In this document: positions 25,563 to 39,198 of the stretch, in pieces
How the letters are laid out: each line of letters opens with the position of its first letter
How positions within the stretch are numbered: position 1 is the stretch's first letter
NCBI RefSeq assembly: GCF_018977255.1
Contig: NW_024704743.1
Span: forward strand, 76,634,001-76,698,000
DNA: 64,000 nucleotides
Direction: 5' to 3'
From: Callorhinchus milii
Lineage: Eukaryota
Notes under the pieces: generated by a model
Database searches by the model: none
What the model was told of the DNA's origin: nothing
What the model saw: the letters and a program-made list of their open reading frames with translations, nothing else
Position numbers and translations under genes: made by a program

Positions 25563-26322
25563 TTCAATATGCTTTTCCAGGCAGTTCTCCTGATATTTCC
25601 AATTTCAGTAATGCAAAAGAAATTCTCTTTTTATGAGCTAGTGTCACCAAGTAAATTACATTTAGAATCCTATATTTTGGTTAAAAGGCTTTTAACTTTT
25701 TTTATGGTCTTTTAAATGAAAGGTGCTATTTAAATGCAAGTCGTAATTGAATTAGGATATATGGCTCTGATTCAATCTGTTGCTATTCCATTGAACTTTT
25801 CATTACTACCCTAATTTCCCTCCTACTAAAATTACCTAGTGCAACACACTGGGGCACCTGACTTGCAATATTGGTCTTTGTGCAATGGCACATAACCACC
25901 CAGTACTATTCCCAATGCACTGATCTCGAATTTCTGCAGGGCTAACTGGTTGAAGACCTTTCCAATAGCTAATTTTTGTTCTCGCTCTTATCAGGCCTCC
26001 TTCGGGAGATCTTACCAGAAGTGTAGATAACTCTCACGCATGGCCTTTAAATACATTTTTATATCCCTGCCATGTTTTGCAGAGTAAATAATCCAAGGCT
26101 ATTTAGTAGCAGCAGTTCCTGGGCAGTGACCAAATGGCAGCTACAGAAGATATTTCAATTGCAAATATCATGTCAATTAACACATCACAAATCACACTTC
26201 TCAGCGTAGGAAATGAAGATAGAAGCACAAGTACTCCATTGATGGCAGGAGAACTTGCCAATGGGAGGACATCTTCTCTTCATCTCTTTATAGTTGATGC
26301 TGTTGACTGACTGTAATTATTA

Positions 26323-26422
26323 CAAAAGCAGAAGTTGCTGGGAACACTCAGCAGGTCAGGCAGCATCTAAGGAGAAAGGAAAGTGAGTCAACGTTTTGGG
26401 TCCACAACCCTTCGTCAGAACT
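26323..26422 (-). mobile_element. Penelope-like terminal-repeat fragment with degenerate hammerhead motif
   Basis: Minus strand reads ctgacga-agggttgtggaccc-aaaacgttgac...gatgctgcctgacctgctgag; second copy at 39105-39198. Confidence 0.6.
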
Positions 26423-28269
26423 CAACTATTACTCTTACGTTTTCTAATGCAGTTATCACAGCAGTTTCTGAAATTAGTCATTAACAACAACTCACATTTG
26501 TGGAGCACTTTTTATACAAACTAAATTCTCCCTCTTCTGAAGTTCTGTTGACTGTTAACTTCAAGAATAGATTTCTGGAGTGAGACATATCTGGGTACAT
26601 GCAACTTTTAATATTTGCAAATCCTTTTACAAATACCCACATATCAGACTCCAATATTGCGTTTGGAAACAACTTGAACTATTCCAGTAAATGATAAAAG
26701 CTGCCTGCTGAATGGTGCATGGCCTTTAAAGGCATTTTCGTATCCCTTTGATGTTTTGCAGAGTAAAAAATCCAAGGAAGCAGAAATAAGCCAATGATTC
26801 ACTGACAACATACACAGGTCTTCTTCAAGCAGATTTTATTAATGTTTCATTTGTGCCAGTACAGTTGAACAAAGATCGAAAAGCCTTGCATGATGTTGCT
26901 GCCACCCAGTAGTGTACAGCTGTTTCTTTTTCTTATGGATTGCTACCAACTGGATAAAGCACCAGCTTAGGACAAACGTTCTAGCCTTAGACTAGTTTCA
27001 ACTGTGCTTTTCACAGTTATGGCATCTTCCTCCTCCCCCCCCCCCCCCCCCCACCCACACCCCCCCCCCACTTCCCCTCGCCTTCATTAAGCAGAAATAG
27101 TGAGAATTTTATATTCATATCACTTGTCACTCAATGTTCCTGGTACAGAACCCTCATAACAAATGTGTCCTCTGACTACATGTTTGACCTGTCTTAGTTT
27201 AGTTCAACACGTTTTCTTTTGGTTTTTGAGATCATCTCATCAAACCTCTATTCGGTTTGTCCCCATCACTGAGATAATTTTTCTAGTTGAATAAGAATTT
27301 TTATTTATATAAATAACTTGAAGATTTATTGTACTGTATTTATTGTATATACAGTATTTTGAAGGTTTACATTTGTGTAAAATGCCTAAGAAAGGAAAGC
27401 TTGCCTTGATTGTGCAATCCCAGTAAGGCTTAATGCATTTTCTACTATCAGATGCCCTCAAGGCTTTATCAATTAACTGGACATGTCTTTTCCATCTAAA
27501 GATAACTCACATTCATCACTCTTCCTTTCAAGACAGATCTATCTATCACTGATTGTAGAGATCAGACTATAACTTGTTCAAGAACGCACCTCTCTGTGTG
27601 TGACACCAAGAATTCCAAGTGCCCTTGAATCCATTGCCTGTACTTTCTACACTCTTTTATTTTGTTCACCCACAAAAATACAATCATTCCACTTTGCCGT
27701 AAATCCCGTGAAGAGCTTTGTCCTTCTGACATGAAAGGTGCTATTTCAAATGTAAGGATTATGTAAACAGGAAATAAGGGCAAAGTGGCCAATATGTTTC
27801 CTTTGAGAAATTGAAACCATCACATTGGATATTGAATACTGAAAGCTATACTTTATAGTTATACAATCTCACTAACAAAAGTAGTTCCATAAATTTATAA
27901 ATTCAAAATATTTTTTTGAGCAATAAGATGTTTAAAGAAAAAAATACTTTGTTACTTAGGAGTTATAAAGCTCATAGCTCATTTCTGACATTTATGAGAA
28001 CCACAATTATTTTTTTCAAAATTGTATTCACTTTTACTTTAACTATTGTGGGCCTTATCAATGTTGTGAAAGATTCCTAAGTTTCTATCTGTCCCTGAGA
28101 TGTATTTTCCCATCAGAAAACATGATGTAATCGATTCCTCATATTCAATAAAGTACATGTTATTATATGACACCAGTTTGAATAGGTTACTGACTGCACT
28201 TGGGTCATCAAATAATTTAAGGTTGTTGGTAATAAAGAAAAAAACTTTGTAAAGAGTTGCTTAGAATTG

Positions 28270-29155
28270 TGCACATATTCAGAGTGCCCATAAACTTTGG
28301 TTAAGTCTTCAAGGCAGATTCTTCACTAATTTCAATAGACATTACCATCAGACAAATATTTGAAAAGAAAATGATATGGAAAAAAGCAGGGAAGTGGGAC
28401 CTCATGGATAACTTTTACAGAGAACAAGCACATGCATGTTGGGCTGAATGGCCTCTTGCTTTCTGTAAAATTCTATGGTTCTATTCCAGATAGGCACTTG
28501 AACAGATTTTAGGGAATCTGATCTTTATGCAAGAAGTTCATCTTTCTTAGGTGCTTCTCAATATATATCTTTCACAATATTCTACACATTCAGTACATTA
28601 GAGATTCACCACCTTCCAGTGTACGTGGGTGTGGATTGTACCATCTATGTCTATTTGTCCAGTTATTGTTTCTCAAGTAGATTATGCTTTCATCTATATC
28701 AAATGAACACATCATTCTGCCATAGGATTTGAATTTAATAGTATCCAATCTCACAGCTCGTTATGTAAAAAGACTTGAAAAGTTGGAGTAATTTTTGCTG
28801 GTTAAGGGAGCAAACTAAGAGAAGTTTTTAAAACCATGAATAGGATAGCTAGAGAGAGACCATTCCCACTGAATGATGAGTTAGCATCAGGAAGGCATTA
28901 TCAGCAAATGAAAAAGGAAGGCTTAGGCTTAAAAACACAGTGAGTTACAATGGGGAATGCTTTACTGTTAGCTGTTGAAGCGGAGCTCATAACAGCATTT
29001 AAAACTGATTTGGATAAATATTTGAGGAAAAAATAAAATCAATGGTTATAACAAGGGAGATAACAAGGGAACAAACCAAGTTAGGGGAAGTGCACCAGTA
29101 GAGTCAGGATGAGCCAATTAGCCTGCTTCTGTGCTGCAAATCTTCTTGAATTCTG
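28270..29155 (+). mobile_element. Two decayed CR1 3' ends (about 28270-28485 and 28815-29155)
   Basis: gggctgaatggcctc...attctatggttctat and gcatttaaaactgatttggataaatatttg...cctgcttctgtgctg. Confidence 0.65.
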
Positions 29156-32100
29156 TGAACCAGGAACTAAATATGCGCAATGGAATTTTTGTTGTGGAAT
29201 ACAGCTATAGCTAGAGAACTTATTAACCTAAAAGTAAAGAGAAAACAGAATACTGTTGGAAAACCATGTTCAAAGATCTCTTAAAACAGACATGATGTAT
29301 CCCTTCCCCCAGTACAGACAATAAATATTGTTAAGAACAAGACAGAGAGGGTGTAACATTTCCCACTAATGTGTGTATCATTTAAGATTTTGATAAAGTT
29401 AATCTGATAGACAAATAACTTCAGATTCTTTAGAATTACAGGCCCAATGCCAAAGACTGGGGAAAGAATTTGTACACTTCTCGTCCTGTCTGATCGTTTT
29501 ATTTATGCAGACTTTCAGGAGACAGCATTCATCTTATAAGCACAAACAAAACAAGAGAGTGTTTGTATTGTTCTTAAAACTCTCCCTATCAGTAGACCAG
29601 AGGGCCACGGAACAATGGAGCTTTCTTTAACAAAGTAAACCATTAAACCATTTGTCTTTGTTTATGATTTTTTTCCATTCTGAAATCTTAAATGGTGTAA
29701 TCCTCGGGGTAAATAATTGTTTCCTCCAACTTGGCACACTGTATATTTACTTTTTCTTCTCACATTTAGTTTCCCTCAGCAGAATGCTTTAGATTCCTTC
29801 TTAAGACCTCTGCCTTGTCTAATCTCCTTGCTTGCAATTAAGAAAATAGATGACCTGTATTAATGAACACTGATTGCATGTTTTCCTCCACATATGCCCA
29901 GTAGCACACTTGTTGTGCAGGTGATGTGATTTATTCATCATCACTGCTGAAAATAATGTAGGCAGCTCTACACTACTTAAACATCACAAACCCTGAAAAT
30001 ACCTTTGACAGCTAAACTTGAATATATGTTCGAAGTGTTAAAACATTGGGTATTTTGGTGTAAGTGCCCCTAAGCCACTCTATTGTATTAATAGAATTTT
30101 TTTTAGAAATGTATTTATTATACTTTATGAAACCCTTTTTTAAAATACACTCTTAGTTTGACCAGTTCATTTTAAAGCTTGAAATGTAGTGTATTGAATA
30201 TGCTTCAGATCCATTTGATTTACAGCTTGGATATATTGTTGATAGGTATGGAGGCAGTTGGAATTGAGACTGAGAGACTTGTAAAGTGTCTTGGAAGAAT
30301 TTTATTGGAACCAGAATATTGGTTTCTACTGACGAAATGATTACTCCACACAAAAGGACTAATGATAGCAATGCTATGTTTCAGTGTTATATTATGTGTA
30401 CTTATATGGAATTAGGCAGCATCACAACATCATATGCTAACACAGGCTAAGGCATCCTGGGTTATTGTTATACAATCATCAGCTCCCTTTTGTGGAGTCA
30501 AGTAACTGTTCTAATAATTGACACTGATCAGATATCCTGTTGTGTATACAATAAAATTCCATAGTTAGGAATGTGGGCACTGATAAACCATAACATTTAG
30601 TAAGTGCCATTAATGTAACAAAACATAATTGAAGCAGCACTTTGCACTAATGAAACATTCAATTGTTCCAAATACAGATCCAAATACCCGCAATAGATTC
30701 CTTCCCAAAAGTTTGTATTATTCGTTTGGGCTAATTTGGTTTTGATTCTAGGATACAGACTGAACCTCAGAGTTCTGAAATAGCACATAGAAAATAATCT
30801 TTTTCATAGATTGGAAAAGGGTGATGAAGAAAAGAACAGCAGGATTTCACCCAAATCTTTCTACAATTACTTAAAGAACTGATGCATTCAAAATCAACAC
30901 CTATCATTTAGAGGGCAGAAATGTTGTGTTAGCAGCAGATGCAGAAGAAGATGTAGAAAGCAAAACACCTGTCTGACATTCAAGCAGGTCACTGTTTAAT
31001 GGACTAAGAGAAGCATCGTAAATTCTGGGGTTTATAGACCTTCCCTATTATCATCATTACCAACCTGATTACCCATTATCAGCATTTCCTTTAGGGTGTC
31101 TTATAGTGGTAAGGCTATCTAAAAGCCTCTGGTCAAAGCACCTGCAGCTCTTTTGGTATCTTTCACAGCAGACCGTCTCCAGAAGAGGTCATTATTTAAG
31201 GCTAACCTCTATTGTGGATATCTGTGTTTTACTGTCTGTTGTGGTCTACGTAATGTTTTAGAGTCCAGGGTTTAAGTGGAGGTTAAACACAATTCCTCCA
31301 CATCTTTCTTGACCACAGTTTGCAAGGACTAAATAACGGAAAATTATAACAAAGCTTCCATTTAGTTCTGCTGTGTAACACAAATGCTTTTAGTTGCCCA
31401 TTCAGTTTTTGAAGAGAAGAAAACTATTCTCATACTTAACCTTAAATAAACTCAAGAAACAAATGATTTGCAAACTTACATTTGTGAAAATAATGTTTCA
31501 TTTTTTCAGTTTTTTTTGTGAACTTTTTAAGAGAAGGAAAACTTAACAACTATGTCAATGCAACACATTTTCAATAAAGAAAGAATCATTATTTTTAATC
31601 TTTCTATCAGGAAGATTTATAAAATACAGATTTAGTAAGCTAATGATATGATTTGAAGACAGTTTGGCAATAATATGTACATAATAATATGATTACATAA
31701 TTCAGGAAGAAGATTTTTGTCTCATCATAGTTTGTTCAAAGTAGCATTTATAGAGCAATCAGTTCAGTACTGATTTTGTTTCTAAATTTGTTCACAAGTT
31801 TGCAATGCAATGTTAACTTAAAATAGTTGTAGTTTTTTCAAAAGCATAGCGGTTTCAAATGGCCAGTGGTTGATAAGATCTGCTAACCCTGATAACGTGA
31901 GTGGAGAATGAGATCCACTCACCTATCAAGGTTGGTAACTTGATTGAGAATTGGGGAGTCTCCTCCATAGTGTTTGAGAAGCAAACCTCTTTAAGCTCTT
32001 TAATAAGAGAATTAGAAGAAATATTTTTTCAGGAAATAGCAATTCACTGTATATTTTCTGACCTTTTTCTAAGAACTAGATAGAGAGATGCAATAAATCA

Positions 32101-33414
32101 ATACCAAGTAAAAAATTGCATTCTACTTTCAATAGAGTTGTTTGACATTGGTATTCTCAGAGTTTACTATGGGTAGATAAGGGTGTTCTAGTCATTGAAC
32201 TCTAGGTCACATTTTTGCACTGCGTAGTGTTAAATTACATTTTAAATAGGTTAACAGAATTGTGTTATTAAAAAGGGTTTTACCAAAGAAAATCTAAAGC
32301 AATGCACAGAATTATGATCAATGACAACATCTTTTCTTTTTTTGGGGGGAGGGGGGGGGTTGAAACAGCAATTGCTCAGGAGGATATTGTCGAGAACAGC
32401 GGGGATTTAGTGTGAGTGCATGAAAGAAGATGCATTGTTAGTACTAGCAAGTCATTGGTGAAGATCCCTGGACTAAATACTTTATCTCTGCTCATCTCTC
32501 ACATTGCCAGCTCAGTAACTACTCTGTACCCTGTTACTGGGTTTATCCTACCTCTTGCAGTATTAAGAGTGATGCTTCAGTCCAGCCACTGCTTTTACTT
32601 TATACAAACTGCTTTCTTTCTGCCTTCAGTTCCATGCCTGAGTTTCAAATGTGTCTACATCACATGTATTTGGGTATTACGTTGTAGACCTGCTGATGTC
32701 ACATATCTTGCTCATGTGCAAAACCGTGGTAGAGCTTGTAATGCCAGAGCACATGAGGCGTTTGGATGAAGAAATCCACTTGGCCTATAACTAAATAATA
32801 GTACTGGAGGGAAAAAGCTGTGTGTGAATGTTGGGCAACTTTGCTCTTGACCAGGATTTATTACTGGTATTTAGTTGCAGAGTCCGTTGATTACAGCTTC
32901 CACCAATGAACTGGTCATGCATGTGATATCATTGTGTCAAATTTATTATATCTCTAAACATTTCAGACTACAAGTATGTGATTTTGTTATTTCCCTGCTG
33001 CCATGGCCACAGCTAGTTAGCCAGGAGTTACAGACAGAGGATGCAAATTGTGGCAAGTGAGTTACAGATAGTCGGACCTAATACATAGCCGGATGTCCTT
33101 GCGTTCGTGCCAGGGACTGCAGGGCTGTTGTTGCCAGTTTACAGGCTGAAGCTGGTATTTCTGTTAGAGTCAACTCAATCAGAAACAACTTTGAAACACA
33201 TTACGAGTCACACAGTTGTGCAAGGACAGGTTTATGTCTGTAGAGTTGACTGTATTTATGCTGCTGGACCTCCTTTGGAGAGGGGGAGGGGGGAATAATC
33301 TGTAAAGGCCAGTTCTGGGGAAACTACATTGATGTCCTGCGTGTGAGTCGTAAACTCTCAGCCTACCAATTGCAAGATGAGGGTAAACAGCGCTAGAGAC
33401 GAGTATTTGTTTTT

Positions 33415-33729
33415 AAGAACATAAGAATTAGGAGCAGAAATAGGCCATTCGGCCCCTCTAGCCTGCCCCGCCATTCAATAAGATCATTGCTGATCTATTC
33501 TAACTCCACCTACCCGCCTTATCCCCATACCCCTTAATTCCTTTATCCACAAGAAATCTATCAATCTCAGTCTTGAATATATTCAAGGACTGAGCATCTA
33601 CAGCCCTTTGGGGTAGAGAATTCCATAAATTCACTACTCTCTGAGTGAAGAAGTTTTTCCTCAACTCAGTGCGAAAGGGCTTATCCCTAATTTTAAGACT
33701 GACCCTTGGTTCTTATGTTCTTATGTTCT
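33415..33729 (-). mobile_element. Young CR1 3' end with tails at both ends
   Basis: Minus strand encodes SLKIRDKPFRTELRKNFFTQRVVNLWNSLP. (TTCTTATG)n repeat is inverted at both termini; TSD TATTTGTTTTT at 33404-33414 and 33730-33740. Confidence 0.92.
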
Positions 33730-33749
33730 TATTTGTTTTTGTAGCTAAT

Positions 33750-33826
33750 GCCACTGTTGCTCTGGGACAAGTGCTCTGAGACACTACTCTGCGAAAGGGG
33801 CGCTATATAAATGCAAGTTGTTGTTG
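33750..33826 (+). mobile_element. L2 tail
   Basis: gtgctctgagacactactctgcgaaaggggcgctatataaatgcaag(ttg)3. Confidence 0.75.
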
Positions 33827-34481
33827 CCTCTGGAGTAACTGAAGAGCACATCTCAAGTTAATCTTCTTCCAGATGCAGTAGCACTGGCTTCTTCACGTAG
33901 TGTATTGTTACTCAAAGCCGGGGCTGACTTCCTGCTTCAGCATTGTTTATGTGCCACCAAGGCATCTAAAATTCCTCTTTGTAAATTTTTACACATGCTT
34001 TACAAGTGGCATATAATAGACTTAATAACTACAACAATTCTACAGCATCAAAGAAAGTGTGAAGTATGCTGTTATAAGTTAGTTTAGACTTCTATGGATA
34101 GGAATGCAACAGAGCTTCACAGAAAACCACTCAAAATTTACACTAAGAACAGTTTAATTGCTTCCTGTAACCACCCTGTTTTCTATGGACAGTCATAGAA
34201 TTTCCAGTTCCATTTAGTAAACAAACATATAAAAATTGGCCTCTCAAAATCTCAGCACACTGTTTAAACAACATTATTATTATATTATTTATTATTATAA
34301 AATGGACAATTTTAATGTAACCTTTGGAACATTTTTTTTCTCCAAAAGTACCTGAAAGGTGAGACTCCTTCCTTAAATGGTGTGTGCTGGATGACTATTT
34401 GATATTAATCAGGAAGGAATGAATACTTGCAAGTTTTATTTCATGGAGTACCAGCTGAAATTTCTGCCACGTTGAGAATAA

Positions 34482-34671
34482 TAATCATACTCTGTAGCTT
34501 TGAGCTTAATCATACTCCATAGCTTTGAGCTATCCTTTGGCACAAAATAAAAATACGTTTTGTAACTGTTTGTGATTACACACAACTTTGAAATCTGAGG
34601 GATTTTAGATTATTAGTTATTCAGTCTATAGAACTAAATGTCAAGTTATTCTATCTATAGAACTAAATGTC
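34482..34671. repeat. Two short tandem duplications (25 bp at 34482-34531; about 29 bp at 34615-34671)
   Basis: taatcatactc..tagctttgagct x2 and agttattc..tctatagaactaaatgtc x2. Confidence 0.85.
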
Positions 34672-35085
34672 CAAAGGCATTCCTGGAGTCTTTGAATTCT
34701 TGGATCATCTTTCAAGGCTACATGGATAATAAAATTTGAAATGAAGTATTACTGTATTAGAGTCCTGTGATAGAAATACTGTGTTTATAAGAAACTGATG
34801 AAAACTAGTAACCTGCCTTGAGAATCTGAACACAATTTATATATATGTTTTACTGATCACAAGAAAAAAATTGTCTAACTTTCTTTAATTTATACATATG
34901 AATTATCTAAACGTGTTGAAAGACAATTGTATAGCTCAGCTTCAGATATCAGTATTAAGAACAGAATCATGTTGGGTGGAGGGTAGCTCATATTCAATAC
35001 TTAAAGACACAAAGTCACAATTTAGACCCAAAGTCGATGTAATTTGCAATGATTTTAAATGCATTGCATTTCTTCATTCTAACAG

Positions 35086-35305
35086 GGCTGGGAAGAGAGT
35101 GTGGATGCAGCAATTGTTCACTTACTAAGGAACTGTCTGTCTAAGAGCTCGAAGGACCAGGCCCTGAGCTTCACAAGCCAGCTCGCTATGCCTAAGGATA
35201 CCAGTAGATTGAAGAAGCACATGACCCTGCTGTGTGACAGATTGAGCAAAGGTGCTCAGCTGTCCTTAACCACAGACAGCACACAACAGACAATTACAAT
35301 ACCAG
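35086..35305 (+). CDS. BBS9: BBS9 internal coding exon, 220 bp, phase 0-1
   Basis: ctaacag acceptor and gtaaac donor. Translates GWEESVDAAIVHLLRNCLSKSSKDQALSFTSQLAMPKDTSRLKKHMTLLCDRLSKGAQLSLTTDSTQQTITIP, in frame with the previous exon. Confidence 0.96.
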
Positions 35306-37296
35306 GTAAACTTACCACAGAACAAGGAGAGTGTTCATTGGATACTGTACTATAATCAGTTCTATTGTTTTACTGTGGTCATGTATATCATTCTAAAAGT
35401 CACAGTAGTAGACAGCAAATGTTGGGAGAGCAAACACACAAGTTCTTATCTACCGGATTATAAACCACATTGTGTCAGAGGAATAATGGTTCACACAAAG
35501 TAGGCTACTTAAAGAGATACTACATTTTTGTTTGCAAAGCCAATTGTGGCTAATTGTTATTACAAAGACAGATACGTATTCACAACATTAAAAAGCTATA
35601 TATATGCAAAATACTTATTTCAGAAAGAACAGTAAATCAATGCATTGTATATTCTTTACTGTCTTCGGTTTTCTCTGTGTGTGCAAACAATATTTTGAAC
35701 TGACTTGACCTTAAATAATTTATTGTGCCTTGTATTAGAAAGATGCAAGACTGCTGTTAACCCATAGGTACACAGTCAATCGTAAATACTTTTTATCTAC
35801 TCTTAAGTTAGTAGATTGATGCATATTCTGAACACTTCAGTAAATTGGGTCTAATCAGTCCCTTTACACTTCTGGCTGCTAATAAATGTGACCTTAGTAG
35901 TGTAATACTACACTAGTGTAGTAGTCCAAGTACAGTAGTTAATTCTATCTGAAATAGTGACTAGATGTGTGGATGGTTCGGCCTGTTATAAACACATTAT
36001 TGTCTTTATGCTAGTTGCGTTGGGATACAGTTATTTGGATACATTCGTGTTATTTAATATATTTCATCTTGTTATTTTATCTCACTTACACTTATTCAGT
36101 GTAACCCTCTTATAACACTTGCTTATTCAGACTGTATTGAAATACTTAATACATCAGTAGAATATAAAAAGTAAGTGGTTGAATATTGAATTTATGTCTA
36201 TATAGCTGAGTAACTCCCATTGTTCTTCAGAGAAATTTAGTTTCCCTAACTTGTAGGATGAGATATTCAATTAAATATTTAATATAATGAGTTACCATCA
36301 AATATCTCCATTTTTGAGACTGTCCCTGTTGAATCACAGTGTGATAGATATCCCATGTAGGTGTCTACGCAAAAACATGTTTTGTATTTTTATTATTGTC
36401 TTTATTACACATAGAGCTGCTATGAACACTTGAAATTAATCCAGTGCCAATGTGTTAAACTGGCTGCTACTAACAGGGAAGCTAAAATTGTCCCTGTACT
36501 GTTCCAGTGATATTCAAAGCAGAATTTGTATTTTGGGCCTAGTATTTTCCATGAAAATGCTTAGATATTTCAGAGCACAACTGTGAATAGCCTCAGAACA
36601 CACCTCACAATTCAATTTAGTCATGAGAGTGATATGGAACAGATCATCAACTTGTTTCTGTTTGTCCCTTTAATTTACACATGCGCTTTCAAATGCACGG
36701 CAGAAGCACAAACTAAAATAAATTGCTTTTCTACAATGATTCAAATATAATAGATATTAGGTGGATGTATATAGGGATAGGATAGCTGTTGAAGAGTCTG
36801 AGGATATATTTTTAATCCTATAAATAAACCTGAGAATTTAAGAGAAGTAATGTCAGCACCAGAAAGTGAATTATATTCTGTTTATACTACAGGTTGGGTA
36901 AGTAAACACTAATTTCAATTGAAAGCTATATATATTGAGCATAGATTGCAAGCTGTTTTGGGTGACATCATTCCCTCAGTGCTTTTTATTCCCAGTTACA
37001 ATTGTATCTTCCTCCAAAACCTAATGAGCATTGTCCTATATGCTGTTCTTGCACCCTCACTATGTTGAAATCCAAATCATTTTATTTCCTTGGTGGTGCT
37101 CTTCATTCTGGCCCTCTATCTTTCACCTAGGTGTCTCAATACAAATGAATGACATGACAGATATATCAAGAAGACATTCCTCGAACTAAAGTAGTATAAG
37201 ATAATCATAGTCCTCCCTTTTGACTGAGAAGGATGGGGGTGGGGGGTGGAAGGAGTGAGGATTGAGATTTAATATACAACAATTTATTAACATGAA

Positions 37297-37765
37297 AACA
37301 ATAACTTGCATTTATATAATGCCCTTCACGTGGGGTAGTATTCCAGAGCGTTTCACAGTGGTGGAGTCTGAACCAGAGCCAGGGGGAGAAGGAGTGGGGA
37401 GAGGACCGTAAGCACGATCAAAAAGGAAGGTCTTTAGGCGGGATTTGAAAGTGGGGAGGAAGGAGACAAGGAGGAAGGATTAAGGGAGAGAGTTCCAGAG
37501 TTTCGGGGCGTAATGGCCAAAGGCACGGCAACCGATGGTGGAGTGAAGGGGACAAGGGATCGAACAAGAGGCCGAAGCCAGCCGAGCGTAGGAGGCGGAT
37601 GGGGGAGTGGGGAGCAAGCAAATCAGATAGATAAGGAGCTGCGAGAGCTTGAAGAGATTTGAAAACAAGTTTACAAATTCAAGAGGATCTTGAAATCGAG
37701 CCGTTCAGTAATTAGGAGCCAGTGGAGCCTGGCAAGGATGCGTATGATGGGGGTATGGAATTTTA
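37297..37765 (-). mobile_element. L2 3' end
   Basis: HSTIGCRAFGHYAPKLWNSLP on the minus strand, plus tail. Confidence 0.88.
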
Positions 37766-39104
37766 GATGTATATCAACCTAGACATATGTCAATCTATAT
37801 CCACTGTAACAATGCTTCAACACAAAGCATTGTTCCTGGTCAGCTTGATAATAGCGATAGTAACTTGCATTTTGTTCCACCCCTTTCAGGATCCAAAAAT
37901 AAACTTCCCGAAGTGCTTTCCAAATGTAATTGATTAAAAGTAATAGAATATTGTTATACAGGCAAATGCAGCAGCTAAGCTGCTCCAGTAATGTCCTCAA
38001 TGTAGACCAATTCTAATTTGTGCCAGCAGTGTCCCACAAACAAATTAAATTAAAATTGATGAAAAAGAAAACGAAAAGAGGAAAGTGAAAATTAATAAAA
38101 TGGAAGGCAGAGATGTAGGGAGCTTGGGTGACATATTGGGTGGAGGAATCACCACTCAGATTCCTTAGTAAATAATCCTGTCAGAAATCATTGCATAGTA
38201 GATTATACTAGCTCAACTTGGAAAAGTAAACCGTATACAGAAAAAGACTGGTTACTATTTTTTTTGTTCATATGCAGCTCAAAGAAGTCCACAGAATATA
38301 AGTAGTGACCTGTACTTAGTGACTCATGTTGATTTTACACAAATATGTTAAATAACAGGGTGGAATTTGGCATGAGATGTGAAGTTCATGTATGCATTGA
38401 AGTACTGTATTGTTGGTTGTTAGCTACTGAGTTTCTGGTGGGTGTGTAACAAAGCAAACCTTTCAATAGCTCTTTCCCACCTCTACTTCATTTTCAATGT
38501 GAATTTTGCTGATTTGTTTTCTGTTTAAAATCAAATTTAGACTGGTTACATCAATACTTATATTTGATTAAATCAGATGTTTTAGATTTTTTTTCTTCTG
38601 TCAGTGCAAGTATATTGACACACTAGTTGTCAATGGGAATAATGAATCATGGAAATACAGTGATATAAATATCTCTTGCTCAGTTCTAGAGTTCTGAATT
38701 GCATCAAATCTATACTGTGTTTAAAATCACTCCATTGATTGAGTGTTGTTGAATGGCCTTCTTCTGTCTGTAAATAGTTCTACAGCATAGAAGTAGATGT
38801 TTTTGCTTAGGGTTTTATTTAAATTAATATAAACATGCTGTCTTTTAGGGTTGATCAAATAGTAATTTGGATGAATTTCAATTATATATACTACGATAAA
38901 AACAGATTAGTAATGAAAACATTGTAATACTGGTACAAATGTTAATTTTCAGTATTTTCTTTTAGAATGAGATTCTAAGTTAGCTGCATTTCTTCCCTTC
39001 TCCTATGATCTGTCCATGTCTTACATAATACATACATGTGAGAGTTACATGGTCTGGGCTTCCAGGACTGGATGCAGCACTTGAAACTGCTAAAATGCTA
39101 CATC

Positions 39105-39198
39105 AACAGAGGTCGCTGGAACACTCAGCAGGTCAGGCAGCATTTATGGGGAATGGAAAGTGAGTGAACGTTTTGGGTCCACGACCCTGAGTCAGAGC
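39105..39198 (-). mobile_element. Penelope-like terminal-repeat fragment (copy 2)
   Basis: Aligns with 26323-26422; perfect GGGTC/GACCC stem. Confidence 0.6.

Noticed and set aside
27033..27070. Poly-C run / G-quadruplex potential
   Set aside because: Simple homopolymer tract, error-prone and uninformative
35101..35355. 84-aa stand-alone ORF
   Set aside because: It is the BBS9 exon read into the intron
35906..35923. Perfect 18-bp palindrome tactacactagtgtagta (and hairpin 40976-40998)
   Set aside because: Isolated and low-complexity, with no associated element
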